DNA from: Macrostomum lignano
Lineage: Eukaryota
Assembly (NCBI GenBank): GCA_002269645.1
Contig: NIVC01000224.1
Location: forward strand, 186,001-250,000
Reading direction: 5' to 3'
Length of the DNA: 64,000 nucleotides
Shown piece by piece: positions 39,083 to 50,122 of this stretch. The first letter of the stretch is position 1. Each line of letters opens with the position of its first letter. The notes under the pieces were generated by a model. That model had not been told where the DNA came from. It made no database searches and was given only the letters and a program-made list of their open reading frames with translations. A program made the translations under genes and the position numbers.

Positions 39083-41766
39083 CTATAGCTTATGAGCAGA
39101 AAAAGGATCGTAATTAAGCGGCCTGCACTGCTGTCTAATATTATAGAATTTGTTCAAGTCCACTTCTGGAGCAGTGCTGGGCGCCTGCTGCAGCTTGCGG
39201 CAGATCTGGCAGAACACATTATAAGACGGGTTCCGGTCGTGGTCAACGAAGCCATAGGTTCGTCTCCAGCGGTGGTAGGCGTTGTACTTCTCAGAATTTG
39301 CCGCTAAACTCTTCAAATGCTCGGCTAGCTCAGTTGGCGACTTGAAGTCTCCAGCGTAGATAAACGAATGCGGCGGGGCCACGGCCTTGAGCTCCTCCTT
39401 GGAGTAGCCAGCAAATGCCACTGGCACCGCGTGGCCCCACAACCCGTTGGAGTAGAACTTCTCCGTGATATAGTCGCGACAGAATACATTTTCAAAGCTC
39501 AGGTGAAAATAGTACTGTCTAGAAAGGTCAACCATGCTCTGACTGTCTGGCAATTCTCTGTCACCACAACGTCCGTAAAAGTGCAGCTCCATGTGCTTGG
39601 CGAGCTCCGTCAGAATCTCTTGCCGACGGTTGGACGGATAGCAGTTGGACACGGCTATGAAGCTGAGGAATCTCTTCTCGGTAAGGGAGACTTTCGGAGG
39701 CAGAGCGATCGGGCTGGAACGTAGGGCAGCGGTTTCGATTCAAAATTTCCTAATTCCCAGGCAGCTTAATTCCTCTAGCTTGTAAGTAAAGATAGCTACT
39801 TCACTTCTGGCATCAATTCAATCAGTAAATTAAGTGATTCTGAGTACTCGTTATGTTAGGATGGGATGGAGAACAGGGGGAAAGATGGGAAAAGGGAGAG
39901 CACAGAACGGTAAACATTATAGCTTGTACTCGTAAGCTACGTCTTTCCCAATGAAGGAGGGTTGTAGCCTAGTGGTTAGAGCGTCGGACTCACGACTTGA
40001 AGGTCGGGGGTTCGATTCCCGATCCCACTGGAACAATTCGTGCCATTGAGCAAGACACTTCACTCTGCATTGCTTCAGTTCACCAAGCTGTAAAATGGGT
40101 ACCGGCATTAGCCTCAGTCGCTGCGACTCTAGATGACTTTAAAACAACAAGATGTCACATGTCACGGTGGTACAAGTCACCAGAAAGCCGTCGAAGAGAC
40201 GCCTAAGAGTCAATTTGAGCTTCTCGAGCGCTTCTATTTAATGACTATGGGGCCGTCGAGTCGTTTCTGAAGCGTGACAGAGTCGCTGTAGAATCGCTGA
40301 GTTGCGTCCAAAGCGCACCTGCGTCACTTTATGAATTAGAATCGCATTTCGCATTTATAAACAACTCTATTTTACTCTACTTGAGTTAGCTCGTAGTAGA
40401 AAGTTAAGCACTAAAACGAAACAACTCTTGGATGACTTTTCGCGACTCGAGTCAACTGTTTCGTTTGTGTCGTTAAAACACCAAAGAATCGCCTAAGAGT
40501 CACTTGTGAGTTTCTTGCAATGAATACTTAGAAATTCTTGTCACGGTAACGCTTTCATCGGGATTTTAGCAGAATGTAATTGTGAAGCCTACAACAGGAC
40601 ACGCTGAAGTAGCTGCCATCTCCTTACCCGCTATGCTTCTCTCCAGTCGCGCTGACAACCGGTTCAAACCGATAGTAGGGAGTGTAGATTGTAGAATCGC
40701 GTCGGTAAGTCATCGTCCAATTAAAGTAAGTCGCCTCCTCTGTAGTGTCCGGGTATTCTCGCAACAAGTAGGAAGGAAACGTGAACTGTTTTAAGTAGGC
40801 CAGAGTGTCGTCAACAAAGGATAACCAGGTCGCTTTCAAGCAATGCTGGCCGCATCGTTGAGTAGTCATCTGCATCGGACTCTCGATGCTGTAGTAGATC
40901 CACAGCTGATTCCGCGGCAGCGTCTGTCGCATGCGACGCAGACGCCTCCGACTGGGCAGATCGTAGGCGTGAAACAGCAGCGCGTGGGCCTGCGAATGGT
41001 CAGCAATGAGCCGGCAGTTGGAGGCGCAGGCAGGCACCAGGCTAGGCTGCAGCACCACGTTCCAGTAGCTGTAGTTGTGGAAGATTCTGGTAGCCAAGCC
41101 GATACAGGTGACGTTGGCTGGACAACCGACGCTGGTAGCCAACGGCGAATTGGACAGAGCGAATTGGATCTCAGCGGCAGCGTGTCGGTCACGGACCAGA
41201 GCAGCGAGGTCGCGCAGTTCCAGATCGTTTTGCATCAGAACTGATGGGGTGTCAAATATAGTAGGTCAGGAAGGATTCAATAGTCCCCTAACCTAGCTGA
41301 GGTTGTTTCAGGAGCATTTTATTGTAAATAAGGCGGTCGATGTTGCAACTTGGTTCCCTCACTGATTATTTCACTGAGAAAAGTATTAGAATCCCTCAAT
41401 GAGCAGATGTGCAACCGACAGCTCAGCCGCAGCTATTGCGCGGCGCATCTGAAGACTGCTTACGACTGTTCAGTCCAAAGACTGGGGGTCGCCACACACA
41501 CTCTCCACAACCTCAGCTAATGCTGTTACTCGTGAGTCCGATGCTCTAACCACTAAAACCAGTTTTCTCGTTTCCAGTCAACTAGCAGAGCTGTACCATT
41601 ACTAATCGAAGTGAACTCCTAATTAACAAATCTCTGACTCACTTTGCCATCCAAGCAAAACCGTAAGACAGCAAGCCGCCAGCAACCATCGAAGCTGCCT
41701 CCTTCCTCTTGGCGATGAAACTAAACTGTTCCATCGTCGACACAAGTAGAGCAGTCCAATTCGCAT
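39083..41766 (-). CDS. GT10 alpha-1,3-fucosyltransferase, paralog B. Exons 41766-41643, 41240-40628, 39713-39083 (455 aa)
   Basis: Same intron positions and phases and the same motifs as paralog A; open 1368-nt frame. Confidence 0.92.
39959..40113 (+). mobile_element. SINE family A copy in intron 2 of FucT-B (absent from FucT-A intron 2)
   Basis: tRNA-like head and CORE-like domain. Confidence 0.8.
41484..41553 (-). mobile_element. Internally deleted SINE family A remnant in FucT-B intron 1
   Basis: tRNA head joined directly to the AGCATTAGC 3' part; same intron and relative orientation as the 24436 copy. Confidence 0.6.
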
Positions 41767-41899
41767 TGCTTCCCGAGTTCCTGAGATTGCTGCTTCTCGA
41801 TTGCTCGTTGGTGCTTCGGTTCTGAAATCGTAGCAAGGGTGTTAAATATACCGATAACACTTAAAATAGGTTAAGCACAGTAAGTTTATCGAGAGAATT

Positions 41900-41943
<44 letters not shown>

Positions 41944-43814
41944 GCGCTTGTAGCATGGGAAAATATATAAGACAAGGAAGACAAGGCCTCAGTATTCTGC
42001 ATTCTAAACTCCACGACTCTAACCTCTAACATCATCCACGAGCTGCCCAAACTTGAAAGACTTTTCATTATTGAATCAGCAAAGAATTCAGGGATCTATT
42101 TCGCACATCTATCCGCGCTCAACTTCATTGAAGCTTCAATTTATTCGTCTAAACGCGGTTCAATAGGGAACTATGTACTTCGATTATCTACTATAAATAT
42201 AGAGGGAGAAGAAGCAAGAATGCTATAACCTTCGTTAACTCACTTCATCTGTTTAACCTCGGCTCACTCTACACTCTTGTCGTTAGTCACTTGCCTGAGC
42301 AATGCTTGCAAGTTGAGAAGCGCTGAAGCAGTGTTTGCCGATAAGAAGGGCAGTAATTGCAAATTTTAAGTGATAGAAACCGATTTTGACTGCGAGGCAA
42401 AGTGCTAGCGGACTAAAAAGCGTGTTGCAGAGTAAGAAATGGAGGTTCCTAAGAAATAAAGGCACGTTGTTTTGACGAATAAGCGTGATGCAGTACTAAG
42501 TTGTGATAGACTAGCTGTAATTCCGTGAAGGAATATGGAAGGAATCTCTCGATCATTGGTTGAAGAATTTGTGGAATTTGTAGTCAATAGTTCACCAGTG
42601 TCTTGACTTCATATCCAAATTATATTCAACCCATTGTTGCAGCCGCCAGTGCCCAGAAAGCTATAGTCTGTTTATTGCCAGTAACAACCAAACTTAATAC
42701 TGATATTAACAATAAAGACAACTACGGCAGTTCCTGCCTTTATCACCAAGTGCTCCGCTACACCATCCACTTCGCCTAAGTTGACTTCAACTTATTTTGG
42801 GACTAAAACGGCCCTTTTAAGGGTCACGGCCAACATCAAATAACGTGACATAATTTTGGAGGTCCCACCGAGACTCCTACTCAGCACTGCCGGCTCGCAA
42901 CTAAGTCAGCACCACCGAGACCAAGCTCAGCACTGCCGGTTCGCAACTAAGCGCCACTGAGATTCTGCTCAACATCAACACGTTCGAAACTAAGCACCAC
43001 CGAGACGCCTACTCAGCACTGCCGGCTCGCAACTAGATCAGCGCCATCAAGACTTCGTCTCAGTCCTGCCAGTTCGCAACCAAGCACCAGCCACCAGCGA
43101 GACTTCTGCTCAGCTCTGCCGGCTCGTGACTGAGCACCTGCCTGCCTGTGCTACGCCTGAGGTTCGGTCCGCAAGGCTGCGAGAGCCTGTGCCACGTCAG
43201 GCCTAGGGGTCCTGACTGCCCGGCTGGTCTTCGCTCGTCGCCGCGGGTCGTCGCTGGCCGTCGCCCTGAGCAACGCGCGCTGTCAACTGCGTTGAGCTCG
43301 AGCTTACGCTCTGCCAAGATAGCTCCGCTGTGTGTGCCAAGCCACGCCAGGTTACGCTGTGCGCTGATTGTTTGTAGGGACTATTGCCTGACAGTTAGTC
43401 TGGGTGGTTTGCGTGATAGGACTCTCCCCTATACTAGGCTTTTTGTGGTTCGCCCTTGTCAGGCACGTATTTTTGTTAGTAGGACGCAATCTCTCTCGTC
43501 TCTCTCGCGCCATCAACCTCAATTCGTTCTCTCTGGAACCTTACTCTCACTCGTGGTTGCTCCGTTCGCCTCACTCGGGCTCCTGCCTGAGCTTCATCTC
43601 GCACAATGTCCGGCAACGGGGAAGACTTTGGCATGGCGCCTCCCGAGCCTGTGGCGGACCCAGTCGCCGCACAGGCAGTTAATCCACCAGCCCCAGCCAC
43701 TGAACCCAGACCCAGCTATGGGCGCCCCATCTGCCCGCCTGTCAGGTACCGGACCTGTCAAGTGTCCGACCTGCTCCAGCAGTGGGGAAGCAGACACTAA
43801 CCGCCAGTTTTACA

Positions 43815-44035
43815 CGCCCCGGGCAAGGCATAAAACTACCTCCTGTGGCACCTGCCGGCCACAGGTCACCGCGGCACCTGTAGACCGCAAGCTCACGCCC
43901 CGGGCAAGGCGTAAAACTACCTCCTGTGGCACCTGCCGGCCACAGGTCACCGCGGCACCTGTAGACCGCAAGCTCACGCCCCGGGCAAGGCGTAAAACTA
44001 CCTCCTGTGGCACCTGCCGGCCACAGGTCCCCTGC
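43815..44035. repeat. 81-bp tandem repeat, about 2.7 copies, inside the LTR element
   Basis: 27-aa periodicity in the overlapping ORF (TPRARRKTTSCGTCRPQVTAAPVDRKL). Confidence 0.9.
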
Positions 44036-44739
44036 GGCATTTGCCAGCCACAGACCACAAACACAAGCCACAAGCCAAACTAGTTAATTCAAAAGTAAAC
44101 TAAAAACTAATTCATAAAGCACTTTATGGTCGAAATATGATTGTGATATGAATATTATAAATATAAAAGTTGTCAAAAATATTCTGTAGTAGTTCTCTGC
44201 CTGCATCGGCATTGCCGTAGTCTATACAATACACTAGGGCGCGTATGCCCCTGTAAGCCTAATTAAATAGTAATAGCATGAATAGTATAAACATTATAGC
44301 AATGGCAAAAATAATTAAAATAATTGATAGCTTAGAATAATCCTATTGCATCCGTTCGGTGTTACCGAAGTCGATGAAATGTATAAGAGCGTCACCTCTG
44401 ACGTTAATACCCCAAAGCCACATAATGTGCAATAGACGGTTGGTAATTAAAGCATAAATACTGGCGACGAATAAAACTCATAATAACTCAAAAAGAAAAT
44501 AAAAACTGAAAAAACAACCATTGAAAAATCGAAAAAAATGCATATATAGGAATATAGCTAGCTTAGTTCGCTGCTCAGCCCATTGACGAGTGCAGCATCA
44601 CTTTCACTGTTGTCGAAAATGAGCTGTAGCTCGTCACCAAATTTCGCAAATTTCATAGTATAGCTATTAGAGATAATATTTGTGGGGTAAAAGTACACAC
44701 ATGCACACACACACACCGCTCGCACGCTCTCTCTGCCTC

Positions 44740-45245
44740 TGGCGCGTAGCGCCATCCTCTGCCTTTGGCGCGTGGCGCCGTTTCCTGCCTTGGCGCGCTG
44801 CGCCGTTCTCTGCCTTGGCGCGTGGCGCCGTTCTCCGCCTGGCGCGCCGCGCCGTTCTCCTGCCTTGGCGCGCTGCGCCGTCTCCCGCCTTGGCGCGTGG
44901 CGCCGTTTCCTGCCTTGGCGCGTTGCGCCGTTCTCTGCCTTGGCGCGCTGCGCCGTTCTCCCGCCTTGGCGCGTGGCGCCGTTTCCTGCCTTGGCGCGTT
45001 GCGCCGTTCTCTGCCTTGGCGCGCTGCGCCGTTCTCCGCCTGGCGCTCCTGCGCCGTTCTCTGCCTGGCGCGCTGCGCCGTCTCCGCCTGGCGCGCTGCG
45101 CCGTTCCCGCCTGGCGCGTGGCGCCGTTTCCTGCCGTGGCGCGCTGCGCCGTTCTTTGCCTTGGCGCGCTGCGCCGTGTCTCCGCCTTGGGCGCTCTTGC
45201 GCCGGTTTTCTCCCGCCTTGGCGCGCCGCGCCGTGTCCCGCCGCC
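44740..45245. repeat. GC-rich ~23-25-bp degenerate tandem repeat (GCCGTTCTCTGCCTTGGCGCGCTGC)
   Basis: Directly visible; it generates the Arg/Ala-rich ORFs in several frames. Confidence 0.9.
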
Positions 45246-46060
45246 CTTGACGCTTGTCGTCGTTGCCCGCAGTTGTCCGGACTGTGTCTCTGTTCCGTGC
45301 CTCTGCTCTGCATCCTTTGCCTCATCCATCTGTCACCCTTGTTCTGTGTTTGCCTCATCCATCGTATCACTTCTGCGCGTCCTTTGTCGTTTTTGTGTTC
45401 GCGCGCGCCGCGCGCTCCGTCGAGCACCACTTTCCGTAACCACTGTCATATTTTTGTTCTGTTTTTGTAACACCACCATGTTGTATTGCTCGTGCTCACC
45501 GCGTTCTATTGCCCTGTAATGTTCTGCTCCCGTAATAGTCTGTAGCCTTTGGAACTTTGTAATTTTGTCCGGTAATCATATACTCCTACGTACTACTCAA
45601 GCTCCCTGTAGTTCGCTCTGCTATAAATTCATACGCTGCGGTCATGCTGTGTTTTTCTTGCCGTCACCCCGCGTGTTGGTTTTCTTTTTGCGCGACCCTA
45701 TCCTTTTTCGGAAGGGAGGCGGGTGTGACGTTGTCAGTTTAAGGTGGTCCCGAGAAGGGCCGTTGGACTGCTGTTCTCCATAGTCATTCAACCCTTCAGT
45801 TCACCGTTTCAACTAAACTTTTCCATTCGTTTATTGCGACGTTTACTTGTAGTAGTGCCCAACGATTTTGTGGCAATTTCTAATTCACTGTATATTTTGC
45901 TATCCTCTCTCGCGACCGTATAAAATTGGCACGATCGATAATTTTAAGTTCTCTCGCCAGCCAATGAAATCACTCGTGCTCGCGCTACCCCCCTCTGCGC
46001 TCTTTTATTAAACCCCCCGCCTGGCGGCGGGCACTCCTCACTCTTGTTTCCTCCGTCCTT

Positions 46061-49000
46061 CACATGATACCCGAAATTGAGGAAAAAATTTGAAACTTGC
46101 AATTTTATTCACAATAATTGACTTAATTGCAATTTCTTTCTCATAGAACTTGCAATTTTCTCAACTTTCATGTGCGCTTTAGATGCTTATGTAAGTAGTG
46201 TTAAAGACATATCAAGAAAGTGAAATTCTTGCAATCGCATTGCAAAGAATATTGCAATTTTTTCAATTTCAAATATGCTTTAAATATTACTTGTATAGTA
46301 GTAGATAAAAAATATCCTTGCTACTGGTACATTTACATCGCATCTATTACATGTAGATTGCCAAAAGAAATTATTTTTTAACGATTACATGCAGATTCTG
46401 ACGAGTACAGAAAATGAATTGCAATATATTGAAGCATAGTATAGACAAAGTCTTCGAAATTGAGGTATAAAATGATTTATATAAGCTGCAAATATGCACA
46501 ATATAAGTTGTACTTACATGACTGCATTTTCACGACTCCCTGAACAAATTTAAAGTGTTCTAAATTCTTACAAACAAATAAAATTGATTTTTCTTAGAAA
46601 TCTATCTGCTTTGTATATTCAATAGAAAGTGTATCTACCATTTTAGGAATTTTTTGTTTAAAAGTGTAACAACTTTGCTAAATTTAAAAAGCAGCGCGCC
46701 TTATTGCTCCATATTGGTCGACGTATTGCTGCTTTCTTGCTCTTGCTTGTTGTTGTTGCCTTCTCCTTAGTTGTTTTTACTAGCTTTTTTTATCATTGTA
46801 ATTGAAATTGAAGGCTAGTAATGCCACTTGCTTTTCACTTATCGTAAATGACAAGAACTTAGCCTTGCTATTTACTCTTGTAGTCTTGACTTAAGATTGT
46901 AAAACTCAAAAAAAGTTTTTTAGTTTATCTAATTCTAGTCCTATTATTGCTAGCTATTACTAATAAGTATTGACTAGTCTAGCTAGCATTATTGGAGTTT
47001 GTCCAATTCATTTTTCATAGCTCCTTTTATAAAATACTAAAAGCTACCAATTGTCTATGTACTATGTCATTGTTAATGTTTTGTCAACTCTGTATTTGAA
47101 CTTTATCTTTTAGTTTCATACATGTAATTATACTTTTCTATCATTTTCTTATATCTAGGACTAGAGCTCTCTCAGTATCAGGCAAGTGCATACAATTAAT
47201 TTTAATACTGCAGTGGCACTTTGTAGACTAAAATTTTGTATTAATAAGTTATACTTTTATTGTAATTACATTGTCATTGGTCATTACATTATGTATTTCA
47301 ATTCAAAATTATTTTAGTAGCTCTACTATTTATAGGAGCTATACATTAAATTAAATTAGTGAAGCATGAAATTGAACATCATTGTTTAATAGGCAATTAG
47401 CTAGGCTTACAAATAGGTTTTTAATTAATGTAGCTATAGCTATTTTAAAAACATTTACTTTTTTCTAATTAAATTAATTGATGTATTGTCTAAAAGTCAA
47501 ACTGAAGCTTATCAGGTTATTAAATGGTACAGCATAATATATGCAAAAGATAGTTGAGTAAGTAGATTACTAACTTAATCAATGACTTAATGACTAGGCC
47601 TAGCTATGAGCGTATAATCATTTGTATAGCTTCTGTTTACTAATTAGCTACTATTTTAAGGTATTTAATATTTTGGCTTCTATTGATATATTGTCTGTTA
47701 GACTATATATCATATCACTATATCTAGATTGTTTTATGAAAATCTTGGTTGCAAGTTTTCAAAATAATATTTTATGATTCCATATACAAATTAATGGTAT
47801 GCCAAAATTCTAAAATGAAATCTATATAAATAAATAAAATAAGTGGCTCAAAAAGCTACTTTGTTTTTATAATCTATTATAATTATTTTATAATTATTAA
47901 TTATATCATTATTTTATAATTATTATTTATAATATAATACTCTTTTATAATTATAAAGCAGTGCAACTTCAACTCAATACTCAATTGTGTTTCTCTTCAT
48001 GCCAAGAAATGAACACACAAAAGCGAAGGCATGCTGCAGACAAATTTGACCAACCGTTGCCTTTCGAGTTTGTGCTTCTATAGTTTCCTAAATCGAATTC
48101 TCATAGCGGGCCAATGTACATAAACTCCAATGTACATAAAGTACGTTCTTTGACGCTTCGGTGAGGAGTATTGCATTTCTGCAATTATTGAGCTGAATGG
48201 CTTAACGGAGCGCATTGCGATGGACGAGCAATCTGTTGAGGAGCTTCGAGCTGTTTTGTCCGAATGGTTTGCAGCCTACAACTGGAGATCTGTGCGAGCA
48301 TCGTTAAATCAAATGTTTCGTGACATTTCTGGCAAGCGTAAGAAAGACAATACTGGAAACCATTAAGTATCAGTTATAGCCTATAGGAATAACATTAAAT
48401 AAGCAATCACTAAATCACTGCAAGGTAATCACTGTAATTGACTTCTGGAAGCTCTAACGAGCTTCAGGCTGGCAATGTTGGGTAGCCTTAAAAAGTAATG
48501 TCTAAGTAAGATCATGGAAAGGCGATAAAAAATTATAAATAAGCGAAAAGTGAATCCTAACTTTATCTGGGATCTTTTTTTAAATATTCAATTCTACAAA
48601 ATAATTACCTGTGGGTTCTTAGAAAGTCTCATTTCGGAATCTAGAAAGGTTTTGAACTTAAAAGTATCCAAAAGCTTCATCATAGATGTGTAAAAGGCTT
48701 CATCTTTAAAGTTTTAACTGCTTAGATAAACATGCTGATGCAGCCAGCACCCCTGAAAGTTAAAATATTGTTTAACTAATAAATTATGTTTATTTAGAAC
48801 GCTTTTGCACTTCAAATGTAAAAGAATTTTTCAATTAGTTTCAATGTTCAGTGTGCTTATTAATGGTTTAATAATAATTTTTCTAAATAGTTAAATAGTA
48901 ATATTTTAATAATAATAATTTTTACTAATCTATGCAAGTATTTTCTTGTATCTTATGCATCGTTTTTTGCCTGTAAAGGTTTATATTTAGTATCTGTTTG

Positions 49001-49460
49001 TAGTTTTATTTTTTAATATGTAGTAAAGTGAAATAAAAAATTACAATGAAATGTATTGGATTGAAAAATGATTATAACATCTTATTGAAAAATTGCAAAA
49101 TTTAATGTATTCCGAAATAACACAGGTGGTTTTTACTGTGTCTTAATTACTTTTCTGGGTTCAATTCTGAGCAGATATAATGAAAATTGCAGATCGAGTG
49201 CTAAATTTGGGAAGTCTTAAAATTTACCTGCACTATAATACGAGCGTATCAATATTCTGAAGTGCCACTCCAACGGCTATTTCTAAGCTCTTGAATTGCA
49301 ATTTTATGCTCAATTAAATTGTAATTTTAAGCGTGATTTCGTGTAATTTTATTGCACTTAATGAACAATTTGAGTGCAATTATTGCGCAATTCTTGCCCA
49401 ATTTTTTTCAATTTTCTCACGTAATTTTGTGCAATTTTGCGCAATTCGCGTCACCATGTG
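46061..49460. mobile_element. Putative non-autonomous EnSpm/CACTA-type element (3.4 kb)
   Basis: CACATG...CATGTG ends (13/19 TIR match), TT duplicated on both flanks, clusters of TTGCAATT/GCAATT motifs under both ends. The flanks rejoin as continuous LTR sequence. Confidence 0.6.
48154..48366 (+). pseudogene. Start-less 70-codon coding relic resembling a BEN-domain C-terminus
   Basis: RFGEEYCISAIIELN...LSEWFAAYNWRSVRASLNQMFRDISGKRKK*. The upstream frame is broken by stops. Family call is from pattern recall only. Confidence 0.35.
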
Positions 49461-50122
49461 TTATCTGTGCCTCTCTCTCTCCCTGTCTGTCCTTGGCCTT
49501 GTGTGTGTTTTTGCGTTCCTGTCTGGCTGCCTCGAGCCTCCTTCCCAGTGGGAAATTCTGGTACGCCCAAGGGTGCGCAGACCGCGGCGCCCGGTGGCCT
49601 GTGGCCGGTAGCGGGGCGCACTCTTTGTCCAGTCGGGGCGCCGGCCTTATACCCGGCGCCCGGTGGACTGCCCAATAAATTAAGGCAAGAATTGGTTTAC
49701 TCTACTAACAGTAGTATGCAGGGCTTTTACTGATATATTTTGCTCTGGCAGCAGCCTAGCTTTCTGGTTGTTTCAAAATTGAATTTATTTCCAAATAATT
49801 TTCAGAGCTATCTGATTTTTTTAAGCAATTGTCTCTTCCATTATAAATTTAAACAACCTTGCTGCTACCTGCTTACGAAGTTTGCCTTTTGTAAATTTTT
49901 TTGCAGTTCTTTAGAAAATTAGTTTGAGTCTATGAATGAAATCGAATAAGAAACTTAAATGTAATGAAATTTGAATTTATTTAGCGAAGTTAAATGGAAC
50001 TGATATTAAAACACAATATTAGAACGAAAAATAGTTAAGTTTTTGGCAACAAAGGTGTTGAAAGAATGTCAGTTTTAAAATCATTTTGACAGCATTTACT
50101 CGTAAAATACGTGCTCTCATAA

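Noticed and set aside
39959-40030. tRNA-like sequences here and at 21910, 24436, 21670 and 36860 as tRNA genes
   Set aside because: Each continues into a shared SINE body and lacks a complete acceptor stem.
44558-45519. Arg/Ala-rich ORFs
   Set aside because: A GC-rich tandem repeat lacking stops in many frames.
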